NCBI GenBank assembly: GCA_035084275.1
Contig: CM068745.1
Coordinates: 82,770,001 to 82,834,000 of the forward strand
From: Hydrolagus colliei
Taxonomy: Eukaryota
Direction of reading: 5' to 3'
Length of the DNA: 64,000 nt
The position numbers and the translations under genes are program-made. Shown in pieces: positions 31,706 to 45,763 of the stretch. The notes beneath the pieces are model-generated. The model worked only from the letters and a program-made list of their open reading frames with translations, was not told where the DNA came from and made no database searches. The stretch's first letter is position 1. Every line of letters begins with the position of its first letter.

Positions 31706-34700
31706 TACTCACTCCTTTTTACACCCCTACTGTTCCATGTGACAATGTTACCAATTGTTCACACTTTGGAAGTTTGGAAACATAAAACCCTCATCTTCAC
31801 TCTTGTTCAGACTAAATAATAATAATATCCCTTGCATTTGATATAGCGCTTTTCACATCTTCTAGACATCTGAAAGCGCTTCACAGAATACCCTGCAAAG
31901 TGAATTAACCGTATATTTGCGGGCAAAATGCGGCAGCCAATTGTGCACAGCAATGTCCCACAAACAGTCGTGAAATTACCAATTTTCTTGTTATTTTTAG
32001 CGATTATTATTAGGCGTGTGGAGTAAGGAAACTTGCCCATTTAATGTTTATTTTGTGGACAAAACGCAGCTGCCAATTATTGTACATAACACACTCCCAT
32101 AAAGTCATGGGCTGAGTGACCAAATTATTCTCAATTTTTTTTAGGGGGATTATTAATACCCCTGGAAAGCAATCCACTATTCAGCTAATAACCATGTTGC
32201 TACTTATTGCTTAGTAATCAGGCGTGTGGAGTAAGAAAACTAACTAAGGTTTCACCCTGCCCAGGAATAAAGACTCCCAATAGGGCATTGAATCCATTAA
32301 CTCCCGGAATTTAAATGGCTTGTTAGGCATTATTTGGTAACCACTCTGAGATGCCAAAAAGGTGGCTTTTATGGGAAATGGAGATTCATAGTTTGATGTC
32401 ACCATTAAAAGCAACTCCCGTGAGTTTCAACTCCGGTTTCTTCTGCAGTGCCTCTTTCACAGGAATATTAGGTGCAATGCTAAAAATAGATCTTTGTGTT
32501 TAGTGGGCTTGAGGAAGAGTGTGTTTACACATTGCTGTTTGGATTGTAGCCTTTTTTCTGCCAAGGTTGGAAGAACAAAGCATACTGCACTGAACCCAGC
32601 TGCTCATCCACTACCGCAGTCCACTGTGCTACATTGCTGGGGTCATGAATGTTTCTTTCAAACCATATGCAATGGATGTGTTAATTCTAATTGTCACAAT
32701 TGTAGAAAACTTTTAACAAAACATGTGAAACATTGAATGGGGGGTGGGGGGAGAAATAGAAATGATGATTGTCCGAGGAGCTGCAGGGTCCCGGTTGTAA
32801 TTAACATACTTCTTTAGCATCTTTTATATATTGAATTACCCATCTGCTTTGCTGTACTAAATCCTTAATTAACTGGGAGTGGACGTTGTAAAGTCATTAC
32901 CAGGACTGGTAGTATAAGTAGCAATCTGGCCAAGTAACATTTGTTTTAAATGTGAGAAATAATTATTGCTCAAATGGAGTGGGTGCAAGAAAATCCATCC
33001 TTGATTATTCTGCAAAAGAAGATAGATGAACAGAGATTTCAGGACATTTCATTCATGTTCTGGTTGGCATGGATACCTATTTGAGACTTTAAAGGCGATA
33101 ATGATGGTGTTAGTTTCACAAGAAAGTGATTTTTGATTTGTTGTTCATCTGGCTATGGATTATAAAATACTGAACTGCTGAACTTGTGTTTGCTGTTTCA
33201 ATAACAGATATTAAACTTTCATCTATTATCTGTTTTGCCAGCTAGTCAACAGTGTTTAAGAGAATGCACAAATAGTGTCCAGTAACATTTCAATGTGCCA
33301 CCTCAGTCTGGAGTCCGATTCATTCGCTGGAAATATTAGAACCCTGTTAACATGACAGTTGAGGTCCATAATATACCAACCCATTACTATAATGGGATGT
33401 AATTGTTGTTTGGTGGTTTTAGGTTCACTGGTCATGTGTGCAGAAAAATAAAGTTTGTTGTTTAACCCTAACAAAATAATTTGTTTCCTGGTACTTTTAA
33501 CTGACCAGGCATGGAAAGACATACTACTACTACTAATAATCCTTGCATTTTAATATTGTGCTTTTCACGTCTTCTAGACATCTCAAAGCACTTCAGAGTA
33601 CACTGTAAAGTGAATTGACTGTATATTTGTGGGTGAAACTCATTGGCAGCCAATTGTGCACAGCAGTGTCCCAAAATCAGTCGTGAGTTGAAATGACCAA
33701 TTTATTATTTAATTTTTAGGGATTAGAGAAATTTGCCCGAAGTTTCACCCTGCCTGGAATTGAACCCAGGTTTCTCGTTTGTACGGTGAGTGCTCTAATC
33801 ACTGAGTTACAGGACTCCACATCAGCTTCAGTTTGATATCACTGTGACGTGGGTGTGTGAAAGGTAGACATCGCCAATAATTTAAAAAAAATTATAATTG
33901 AATCTTTTTTTACTTGCCAACACTGTAATTGTTTACTGTTGGCTCTTTTAGCTTGAAGATTAATTTAAAAGAATAAAGTGACAACCTGCATTCACTTATT
34001 TTAGCAGATGGGCATTTCCTGTGATTTATCCCTCAACAGTTAATTGGGAATTACTCCAATTGGGATCTTACCAAAATAACCGAATCAAATCTGTATACAG
34101 TGCCATACATCCAGCAATAATAACTTAGAAACTGCCTGCTTTCACTATGTATACACTGTATTTTATTTTTCTCATGAGATACATTCTTACTGGTATGAGA
34201 AGATTTTAGAATTTGTTGTAAGCACTTGGTGCTATTTCAGATTATTTGAATGCTTGACTTCCTTTTCTGATCATAATTGCATTCATCATCAGAGCCACAT
34301 TATGGCCTGTTTTTCAGTGAAATGACTTGGTTTATAATTGTGAGATTGAAGGATCATTTTTTATGGTTCTCTTCACAGTGAATAGTGAAGCAGTTTTTCA
34401 GTTTAAAAAGGGAGCTAACTGATGGATGCTACAGATGCTTCATGAAATTAGAATATTGTTTGATTATCTTACTGTATATGATGATTCAAAGTGCTCATTG
34501 GAACTGAGATTATTTTGTCATTGGCACTTTAAAATACTATTTAATTATCAATCTTGTTTTCCCCCATAACATAACACTTAGTTATGGGTCATTGAAAAAA
34601 ATCATGTAATTTGTTTCTGCTGTTTGTTCCAGCAAGTGAGCTAGACTTAAATAAAGATGAGATTTGATAAGGAACATTCCAACTAATGGGACTATTTGAT

Positions 34701-35869
34701 AGCAAAATGGAGCATTTTCACAATATGAGCAAAGCCAGTCTATAAATTCCAGTCTGCTGGTAGCAATGGCACTGCGCTATCACTGGTTCAATGGATGAAT
34801 GCTCAAGCATTGGTTATCTAAATGATTTAGGTTTTTGTTCTGTCAGATTGCACTCTTGCACTCTGGATAGTTATGTTTACTGACCTCCAGCTTGTTCATA
34901 AAAGCTAGCTCATTTAGAGATCAAAGAAGGAAAAAATTCTGTCCAGCAATGTCTCCATACAGTGAAAATTTGATCTTGGTTAAGCTTCCAGGAGAGGGTT
35001 AAATACAAAAATAATGAGAAAACCAGAGGGTGAATGAGATCAAGAAAGATTCAGTCAGTGAAAAAATATACAAGCTGTATTTTAGATTGCTATGTTTTTG
35101 CCAACATTTTTAAAAGTGTAAATGCATTGATCAATAGATTTAAATTCATGGTTGACTTAGAAGTCCATTTTTGACAATGGTTCAACAACCTGACACAAAT
35201 ACATGTTGAATTAAATAAAATATCTAATATATAATATTATTTCTTGTATTAGATATGTGTGATTGAAAACATTGTTTTGATTTTCGTATTGGAGAGAAAA
35301 CATAATGAGAGATTGAATCTTGAATCCAGACAACAAAACAACAAACAACAACAACATTACAATTCTAAGAGCACCTTTCACGTCAGGAGATGTCCCAAAT
35401 CTTTATATCTCTTTTAAAGTCAACATTCTGTTTTTTATATATTACAGTTGTGTGATTGGGCACTGAAATGACTCAGTGTTTAAACTTATTTTATCGTACA
35501 AGCGGAAAGCATTTCAGGTTTAATAGCCTGCCTGCTCTGGGTTAGCTGACCTTTGCTAGAGCAGTGGTAAGAGTGCTTATTTGGCATCGGGATACCCAGA
35601 TGACAGAGGAGAAATATTAAATCGGATTCATATTTCTACTAACTGCCCAATGACCCATGATGGAAAGTCCTATGTGTCCTTGTTGAGTGAGGAATGAATT
35701 GGGCTTGGCTTCGATAGCCTGACAGCCAACGAGTTGCTGACACAAATACATGTTGAATGACCTTTTGAATAAAGGTACGGGAGCGATGTTCATATCTATG
35801 AGCCAGATGAATGATGAACGTTAATAGCACCTGTAATGTCATAACCTCTCAAAGCGCTTAATGGTGATA

Positions 35870-36310
35870 TTCATAGATTCATAGAATTTTACGGCACAAA
35901 AGGAGGCCATTCGGCCCATCTAGTCTGTGACGGCTCTTTGAAAAGAGCGATTCAATCCCACTGCCCTGCCCGCTCCCCATAGCCTAATAGACCTGTTCTC
36001 CCTAAATAAAAATCTAATTCCCTTTTAAAAGTTGTTATCGAATCAGCCTCCACCACCTTTTCAGGCAATACATTCCAGATTCGAACAACTCGCTGAGTGA
36101 AAAAAATTCTCCTCAGCTCCCCTCTACTTCGCTTTGAAACTATTTTAAATCTGTGACCACGAGTCACAGATTCACCCACGAGTGGAAATAGTTTTTCTCT
36201 ATTTGCCCTGTCGAAACCCCCCATGATCTTATAAACCTCTATTAGGTCTCCCCTCAATCTTCTCTGCTCCAGAGAATAACCCTAGCCTATCTAGCCTCTC
36301 CTCATAGCTG
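35870..36310 (-). mobile_element. CR1 3' fragment, near-identical to the full copy
   Basis: Encodes RGDLIEVYKIM...GERAGQWD and carries the tail. Confidence 0.9.
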
Positions 36311-37840
36311 TTACACACAATGACTCTTTTGTCTGCAAGTGCAGTGGGTCTGAAAAAATTAACATTAAAATTATTGGACATGACACCTGGAGAAACTTCA
36401 TTAAATGAGAGATCTTTAACATCCAGCTGAAGAACATTCCGATGGAATCTTGGTTTAGCCTTTTGTCCAACGGATGAAACCTTCAACAATACGTTACTGA
36501 ATGGAGCATCAGGCTGTGTTTGACTGAACCCCAAACCAATTTAGGCTTGAACTTGACCCAGAAACAATCGTGCTACTGACCGAATCAGGTTGACGGATAA
36601 GCAATCCAAGATGAGAGAGAAGTTTTGAGTTGAAGAGCTTCAAAATAATTGATTATGAATACATATTCTGTACCTGACTACAAAATTTGTAATTTGAATC
36701 CATCAAATCAACTTTTAACATGAGTAATCTGGTAACAACAACATAATTTGAATTTTCTGTGAGTTACCTTGCCATTTTTAAAATCTGGCTAATTTGGTGT
36801 AATCTGTAAATTGTCATGCAATTTGTTTTATTTTGTATGTTAAAGTCTACCAGGTATTGTACGCTGAGGGTTTGTAACTTCTTAATAGCAGCTTTGATAA
36901 CACTGCAGAAATAATTAAACTACATGCTTTAATTAAGATATTGAATTATAAATATTTTCTTCATACCGTACAGTAGTGTAGCTTCAGCTGTCATCACTTG
37001 ACTCATTACAACAGTAGAAAGTAATAAGCTTTCTGCTATTTTTCACCAAAACTAGAATCATTTTTAATTGATGTGACTTTTTAAACAGTATTTTTTGCAC
37101 TTTTCAAAGTGAGAATCAGTGTGCAAAACAACCTTACATTGAACTTATTGACCCTAAATAGATGAATGAGAATTGATGATTTTAAAATAAATTGTCGTTT
37201 GTAGATTATGTGGGGGATAGGGGGGAAAATGGACTGTATTTGCAAACTACTGTATCGCTTATGCGAATAGCATATTAATCAAGTACTGTGAGTTGTGATC
37301 AGGTATTAGGATGTTGCTGTTTACTACAATTATGCCACAGAAAATCATTTAAGTGAATCTTAGTTTAGCTGAACTGGAGTTCCCTGGATTATTCCCTGCA
37401 TGAATAATGAATTAACTGTCTGCAAGTACAGTATTGTGCTCATACTCAAATATTGTATTACGCATATGTAGGTAGATATTGGATCAATTATTTCAGCAAT
37501 ATGAACTTGGCTATAGAAGAAAATGTATGTTTCATGATGTGCACAGTAAACACAATTGAAAGCATGGACTTGCTGTTCAGCTGGCGTATTTTGCTCGCTC
37601 GTTGTGAATCGTTGGCACATTGAAGAATTAGCTTCTTGCTTAATTCTGCCGTACTAATGACCTTGTGCAGTGTAACAATTCATTTGAGAGGAGACGAGTG
37701 TTTGAAACACATTAGGTTGTACACAAGAGAAGATGCACAACTGGCTAATTGTTTCAGGTGGATTGTCAGCCAAATCTATGTACTGTATATTGTACTTAGT
37801 CAGCCGTCACGTAAAGAATTTAATGTTTTTGCATTTTTAG

Positions 37841-37959
37841 GAAATTCTCAGATGGGGGCTACCATAGTGGATGCATTAGATACTCTCTACATCATGGGTC
37901 TTTTTGATGAGTTTCGAGATGGGAAAGAATGGATTGAGAAGAATCTAGATTTCAGTATG
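37841..37959 (+). CDS. MAN1A2: MAN1A2 (GH47 Golgi alpha-1,2-mannosidase IB) internal exon, first visible
   Basis: ttttag|GA...ATG|gtaagt. GNSQMGATIVDALDTLYIMGLFDEFRDGKEWIEKNLDFSM; SQMGATIV and LYIMGL favour MAN1A2 over MAN1A1. Confidence 0.93.
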
Positions 37960-40132
37960 GTAAGTCATAATGGTTCTGTTGTATCTATACATCTGATTCT
38001 ATACAACCATTCCTAGCCTCCTTGAAGTCCCACCTCAAAACCCTCCTCTTCGACGGTCTCATTGGTCACCCCAAATCCCCTCCACCCTCCCCGATCTCGA
38101 CCCTTGCTCAGGTCTGAAATACTTACTGTCCAGCGCCTTGGGACGTCCTCCCGACATGAAAGGCGCTATAACAAATGTAATTTTGTTGATGTTTTGTTCA
38201 ACATAGAATTGCCAAATGTAAATATTTTATCTGAGCTGCCAGTGAGGTGACTTTTTTTAATGCTATTAGAATGCATCCTCAATCTCATCTTTAAAGTTTT
38301 CCAAATTCTTATGCCTACCTATCTCTGCGACCCACCAAAGCTTTAACAAAGCTTTTTTTTTTGCCCTCTCGGCGGGTACATGTGTGCTCCATGGCCCTGC
38401 ACGCTCCATCATCGGCAGTCGGACTTTCAGCCTTTCTGCCCCACCTTCTGGAACAACATCCCAAGGCCCCTCCCTTGCTTCTTTCAAGGTATATCTCAAG
38501 ATCTTCAACTTTGACCGTGCCTTCGATCATTTCCCCACCTCCAGCTCTGGTGAAAGCCCTTTACGATGCAGCACCATCGGACGTCCTCCTGACTTGTTAG
38601 GTGCTCCATACGTGCAATTTGTTTGTTATTGTTGCTTCCTATATCCAATTAATGTTACTGTTTGGCTGGGGGTGCTCGAATGATTGCAAGTACAGTATTT
38701 ATATCGCCTGGCTGTGAAGTATATTTTGAGAGGTGAGCTGCCATAATAATAATAATCATAATAATAAAAATAATAATAATTGTTGCATTTGACGTAGAGC
38801 CTTTCACGTCTTCTAGATGACTCAAAGTGCTTCACAGAATGTACTGTAAAGTGAATTGACTGTACATTTGTGGGTAAAATGCAGCAGTGAATTGCTCACA
38901 GCAGTATTCCACAAACAGTTATGGATTGAGTGACCAAATGATTATTGTTGTTTTTTTTGACGGATTATTATCAGCCATCTTGTAATACTGCATGTCTAAC
39001 ATTAATTAGGCTTGAAGATTTCTGATGCTGTTAAATCTTTATTTGACTTGATCTTTAATAGAGTTTCATCTAATAAATGAGAATTAGAACCAGCCTCTGT
39101 ATATACAACCCATGTTTATACTGAGTGTTTTCCTTATTGATTACCGGTATGAGATGTTATTTGAAATATAGAGAAGTGCAAGGTTTCAGAAGGACACATT
39201 GAAAGAGGTTTTATAGTTACTGGGTGTTAAAGTAACAAACGGGCTGCTGAGATATCAATTTTGATAGTGTATAGTCGACAGGTGTTGCAAAGACGTATTT
39301 CAGAATTTTTAATCCAGTAGAATTTATATCCCACTTTCAAGTCAATTTGTTGATGTAGCTTTGTGCAGTAGTTTGAACAGTGAGCAATAAGCTATAGTGA
39401 CAATATATGAGGGGAAAAAAGGACAGGAGCTCTGAGCATATAAACATTCAGAAACTGATTTATGCCATTTCCTTTGATTGTAAAATATTTTTCAGATAGA
39501 AGAAAGCAGATCATTAATACAGTAGTCGTTGTTAGCTTTAAAAACTGCCCATTAGCCACATGATATTGTACTGAAATTATTTTGCTTTGGGCCCTAATTT
39601 TATAAGAATTTCTAGAACTGTGACAAGCATTTTGACGTTGGTATGCTCTTCCTCTTTACTGATCAGGATGATTCATAAATTTGTTAATTTAATGATTTAT
39701 CAAATGTAATGGTCCAGTGAAAGTGTATTTGCCTGACTTGTTTACATCTGTTTATACGCTGGAATGCTAGTCATTTATTAATTTTCGCGTTGGTGTCCAA
39801 GCAGAAATCTTCTGCATAACAAACATACTCATGAAACATGTGGACTCGTTTTCCAAGAAGATATTGCCATCTCGTTTCAACTTTGGTTATCTTAACATTT
39901 ATGAACATTTTCCAACTCTACTGACTGCTATTTTGATTTATAGTGATGCCCAGTTAGGAATCTGCTTGGCAAAATTAAACTGCATTGATGTGCTAAAACT
40001 GGTGAACAACAAACTTATGCAAGTATTGTAATTAGTCACCATAATAAGGGTTAAGAAAGCTATAAAATATTCCCATCTTTTAGAGATGCTTAAATGCATC
40101 TGCTTAATTCACTTTGTTTCCCTCTCCTCTAG

Positions 40133-40213
40133 AATGCAGAAGTCTCGGTCTTTGAAGTGAATATTAGGTTTATCGGAGGCCTGCTTGCTGCCTACTATCT
40201 CTCGGGAGAAGAG
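40133..40213 (+). CDS. MAN1A2: MAN1A2 internal exon
   Basis: ctctag|AAT...GAG|gtatag. NAEVSVFEVNIRFIGGLLAAYYLSGEE. Confidence 0.95.
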
Positions 40214-43200
40214 GTATAGTTAAACTTTTTTTTAACTAAACTACCTTTCCCTCTAATCTTGTGATGCTATCTACACCGTTCTGTCTCAACACGAATTCAT
40301 CAGGGTAAGTAACCTCTGTATAGTAACACACAATTTTTATTGTTTTGCCACTACATGATTTCATCAGGATAAATTATATATTTTGTAAAAACTCCCATAG
40401 GGAGAGAGATGAACATTAAAATGATTTAAGCAAACCCAGGAGCAAAAATGGAAAAAAAACTATAAAAAGATAAAGCATGATGAAAAGGAAAACTTGAAAA
40501 GAAACACATCTGGAAGGTATTTTAAAAAGAAAAGGTTAGAAAGGAAATGTATGAAGATACTTTAGTTTGCTGCCTATTTTGAGAATGATTTTGATCAGGT
40601 TGTAATTTTTTTGTCTCTGGAGTGCGGGCGGGGGGAAAAGCAATACTGTTACATTGAGTGGGACAGCTATGACTAATGGATACCCCAGAGATTCATCTTG
40701 AGACTTCTTCCTTCGCCAATATTTTAAGCGATCCATCTGTCATTTGTCTTTGGAAAAAAAGGGCTGAAATTCAGAGTTATTGTTTTAAAAACCGATGAGA
40801 GGAAAACAATAAAATAATGTCCCAAGCATGAGAGCTTTATTGCTAAAAGTAACTTAAGAAAAATATATAATTGTAATAGTTGATTGAAAATGTGATCGCA
40901 ACATTCTGCGACAGATGGAAGGGTACAATGCAGTACAAAATTACAACTGTAAAGCCCCATTCACGTTGGGAGTACGTCCCAAGGCACTAAACAGTCAGGT
41001 CAGAGACAAGGATCCGAGGTGGTGGGGGGGTGGGTTGGGACAATAGGAGGGTGGCCGAAGGCATGGTCAAAGAGAAAGGGCTTGAGGCATACTTTGAAGG
41101 AGGCAAGGGAGTGAGGCAAAGGGAAGGTGGGATGGAATTCTAGGTGGGTGAGGGCAGAGAGGCTGAAGGCCCGACCGCCGATGGTGGGGCGGGTCCGGTG
41201 GGAACATGGAGCAGGCTGGAGCCTGCTGAGCAGAGGAAACAGACAGGTTGATAAGAGGTTAGCCTTGCCCCCTCCTACCTCTGAAGTAGGATAGGGCAAG
41301 GCCATGGAGTACCTTGAAAATGAGGACGAGAATTTTTAACTTGATCCTCTGATGCATGGAGAGCCAGTGTGGAGCCGGGTAAATAAATGATGGGATATAA
41401 AAATAAACCCTTAGTATATAAGAAGCTAAATAGTTGTAATGACTTACGTCAAAGTGATTACTGTGAAGAGTTGTAATAAATTCATGGAAAATAGTAGAGA
41501 AGTTTGGATGAAGGAAGCCATTTGGCTCATTTGATCCACCGTACTATTTTCTCATTGCAAGATCAGGCTGTTTCCTAAATACGCATAGTGGCCTGTCATC
41601 CTTTGTGCAAATCACTGCCAAATTTCTACAGAGCCATGTACCATTTGCCTGCACTCTTGGACTGAATACAAGAAAATACTTGTCTGATTATTCTAACCTT
41701 TTGGCAGCTGTCCTCTTTGTATTTTATGAACTGTCAATCTTGCAATCCAGAACTAATTTCCTCCTCTCACTTTTATGTAAGGATTCCAAGTCTCACCTTT
41801 TTTCCGCCTCTTACCAGCTTTAGGTGTTAGCATTGCCACGCCAATCTTAATTCATTCCTTTTGCATTTCTCTAATATTTTGTAATAATCCTTGCATTTGA
41901 TATAGTGCTTGATCATATCTTTGAGATGTCGCAAAGAGCTTCACAGAATATACTGTAAAGTGAATTGACTATATATTTTGTGGGTGAATGAAGCGCGGTA
42001 GCTACTTATTAGTGGTCCACAAACAGTCGTGGATCGAAGTGACCAATTCGTTATTTTTTTTGAAGGAATTATTTCCCCAACAAAAGTGATCTGCTAATCA
42101 ACTAACAACCGAGTTCCTACTTATTGCTAAGTAAACAGACATGTGGAGTAAGGAAACTTGCCTAATGTTTCACCCTGCTGGGAATCGAACTCAGGTCTCT
42201 CGCTTGCAAGGCGAGTGTTCTAACCACTGAGCTACAAGACTCACAAAAGCAGCAATAAAGCAGTGTATATTGTACAGTACAATATAGATTTATGTTGCAT
42301 TGGCTAAAGCCAGATAATTATGTTTACGTGGAGCATATATTGATTCCAAGAATGGCTTGAATATTCTATATCAAGCAATTAAGTTATAGAACCTTTGAAC
42401 CTAACCTTGGAATTTATCAAAAGTCAGATCAAGCAGCTATGAAATTATATCCCTCGGGTACCATTCTTGTGTTCCATGCTTCTCTTTTAAAATCATTGAA
42501 TAATTTATAAATTTTAAACATGGAATGCTATGGCTTTGTGGGCTAGAAGCATGCATGTGTGTGTCAAAAAAAGTATCTTTGTCTATATGTTTATGCATTC
42601 AATTGATAAGCCATTTCTCACCTGAAAAGTTGTGGAAACATTTGGGTTTCTGGAATTAATTATTTTTGGTGGAAGTTGATCTTGTAAACTCTTGAGATAG
42701 TGAAGTTTGATTTGTAATGGGATAAGGAGGAAAATGAGTCCAATATACCAATGCCCTATAACAATGTAATGACACTCATGTCATTGTAAATGCTTAAGGA
42801 AAGTTGGAGTGCTCTATTTCCATTCTAAGATGCAGTAGAAGGTAACTCATAAATCAATAGAAATGTCTGCCTCCAGCTGGAAAACTGCACAGTGATTTGA
42901 ACCCACAGTGACCTTACTTTGAGTATTTCTTTTTTTTTAAAGAAAAACTTGTGTAATTTAAACAAAATAAAGTGGCCAGCAATTTTGCTGCATTTGTGAA
43001 GATAGCACTAAAATGATGTCTTTTTATGTAACCTCAACTTTTATCATCAATTGCCACTACTAATAAAAGGGAAAGAGGAGCAATGAATGGTACTTTGAAG
43101 TTGGACAAATAAGTCTTACTGTGCTAATATATACCCCCTTTGAAATGCAGGGGGTATATATTTACTTGCAACTATGAAAGATGAGAAGACTGGTCCTGGG

Positions 43201-44394
43201 CTGAATGTTGAGTTTACTGGTCTTGCACTTGCTCCTGATTCTGATCAATGTTTGGTTTCAAACCAACAATTTGCCTTTGTTTAGGATGACAGTTAGTACT
43301 CCCATGCTAAGGGATTAATGATGAATCAATTAGCTACGATGCTGCGCAAGTTTGTTCCAAAATAATCTTGTCATAAAGAAGCCATAAAGTAATAGTATGA
43401 TTTTTTTTTTTAAAAAACATAATTATCTAAAAATTTAAGATAACGCAAAATTTAGGAAAATGCTCTTAAATGCAGTTCTGATTCAGGAGCAAATTTTACA
43501 CATTTCATTTTGTTACTGTAGAAACCTGATTCCAATTGAAGAAAACAGCTTTTGGTGGAAGCATGAGGATAGAGGAAAGATAACTAAAGTGTTTTAAGTT
43601 TTTTTTTAAAAGTGTTAAATCTATTAACAATTTGGGCAACCAAGTGTTCACCTGTCCTGCAATGCCTGCGCTTTGTGTTGAAGAATATATCTTCCACTTG
43701 CCTTTAGTTGCTGTGGTTTGACCATAACACAGGAGAATACATTGCTTCCTGCTTCTGCAGTATCCTACCAATATGTTTATCATAGAATTTGTAAGATTAA
43801 AGCCATTTTAAGAATGATCAAAACCTGCTTGTGTGGCACGGTAACTACATGCACAACCACATTTAGCACTCTATTAACTTAATACATATGATGTTTTTGT
43901 GAAACCGATCAGAAAATACGGCAGGAGCATTTTAAGTGTATATCCTGATCTGAACTTTTAGAGGATTTTTTTTATCTTTCGATGTTTAGTTTTCCCAGGC
44001 AGGGAGAAACCTTAGGCAAGTTTCCTTGCTCGCATTTTTCTGTTTATTTCAGAGTAAGTAGGAACCCATTTATTAATCATTTGGTAGATCACTTTCTGGG
44101 GGTAATAATCCTATTTTTTTTTAAATTGGTCGCTTAAGTCCTTGACTGTTTATGGTACACTGCGGTGCACAATTGTAATTGCTCTGCATATACAGTCAAT
44201 TTATTTTACAGTATATTCTGTAAAACACTTTGAGACATCACAACGATATGATAAAGCCCTATCTCAAATTCATAGATTATTATGAGGATGATTATAGTAT
44301 TATTATTTAATAGCCTAAAGTTGCCATCAATCTTCAGTGATAATAGACACCTGGGTTTAGTGTATGTGGTAAATGTGAGTGGTTAGCACATCCA

Positions 44395-44720
44395 TGTGTC
44401 AGCCTGTCTCAGTTAGTCTCTTGCTGTTGAATCAGGTGGTTGTGGGTTCAAGAGCACTTTGCAATTTTAAATGTTGTCTAATCTACACTCTAATCCAGTG
44501 TCACGGTAGGTGCCATCCTTCAGATGAAACATTAAACTTGGGTAGTGTATGATTGTTCAGATGGAAGTTAACAATCCTTCTTTTAAAAAGAGAAGGAAAT
44601 TTTTTCGAGTGTTCCACCCAACAGTCTTTGAAATAAAATCAGTTATGGTTTGCATAATTGGGTTCCGTGACCTCATCTCTTTGCCAGACATAAAGCTCAT
44701 TCCTCAAAAATTTATTGGGA
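44395..44720 (+). mobile_element. Old, diverged Deu-domain SINE relic
   Basis: tRNA-like head remnant then ggtgccatccttcagatgaaacattaaac...ttcagatggaagttaacaatcc, resembling the AmnSINE1/SacSINE1 Deu domain from memory. A similar relic is at about 36335-36595 (-). Confidence 0.5.
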
Positions 44721-45317
44721 TAGTTTTATGCTTCTTTGCCACGTAGTCAAAGTTGGATTTATTGCTTTTAGAATGTTGGCATTAGTAATTCCTATAAATT
44801 CCTATTGTGTACAAGCATCAACTATTTGCTTCATGAAGACAATTAAACCTGCTTCATTATGGGGAATACGAAAAAAGAAGAGGGAATGTTTCTCGTAAGG
44901 GTTTCCATTGCAGTTCAGAAAATAAATTTAGATCTTGTTGCTGATAAAAATGTATTCAAAGCAGAACTTTTTTTATTGACATTTTTAGAAGCTACTTTAA
45001 AACGGGTCAATTGCATGAATTATGTATTTGTATTCTGCAATGCTTGGAATATGACCAATAAGCAAAGACATGTTCTACTAGAATGAAGAATTTCCAGAAC
45101 AGTAATATCACATCATAATATACCCTCTTTAATGTTGGATTTCTTATGGCATAGGAACATAAGAAATGCCAGACGAGAAAGTTTGCCTTCCAGCTCTTTG
45201 GCGGTCACGTGTGGACCCATACTCTGCTTTGCTTCAATCATTGTTAACAAATGGCTGACTTCTATGGCATTAGTTTTCCACCGATAACACTTCCTATGCA
45301 GGCAACATATAGGAGTT

Positions 45318-45763
45318 ATAGATTCATAGAATTTTACGGCACAAAAGGAGGCCATTCGGCCCATCTAGTCTGTGCCGGCTCTTTGAAAAGAGCGATTCAA
45401 TCCCACTGCCCTGCCCGCTCCCCATAGCCTAATAGACCTGTTCTCCCTAAATAAAGATCTAATTCCCTTTTAAAAGTTGTTATCGAATCAGCCTCCACCA
45501 CCTTTTCAGGCAATGCATTCCAGATTCGAACAACTCGCTGAGTGAAAAAATTTCTCTTCAGCTCCCCTCTACTTCGCCTTGAAATTATTTTAAATCTGTG
45601 ACCACGAGTCACAGATTCGTCCACGAGTGGAAATAGTTTTTCTCTATTTGCCCTGTCGAAACCCCCCATGATCTTATAAACCTCTATTAGGTCTCCCCTC
45701 AATCTTCTCTGCTCCAGAGAGAATAACCCTAGCCTATCTAGCCTCTCCTCATAGCTGAAGTTC
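45318..45763 (-). mobile_element. CR1 3' fragment, near-identical to the full copy
   Basis: Encodes FSYEERLDRLGLFSLEQRR...GERAGQWD and carries the tail. Confidence 0.9.

Noticed and set aside
30732-31785. ORFs of about 335 aa, and other X-rich ORFs
   Set aside because: Artefacts of reading through N gaps.
34061-34160. YYC motif on the minus strand as the missing V exon of gene C
   Set aside because: No DxG/A motif, no B-strand Cys/Trp pattern and no Ig-length open frame.
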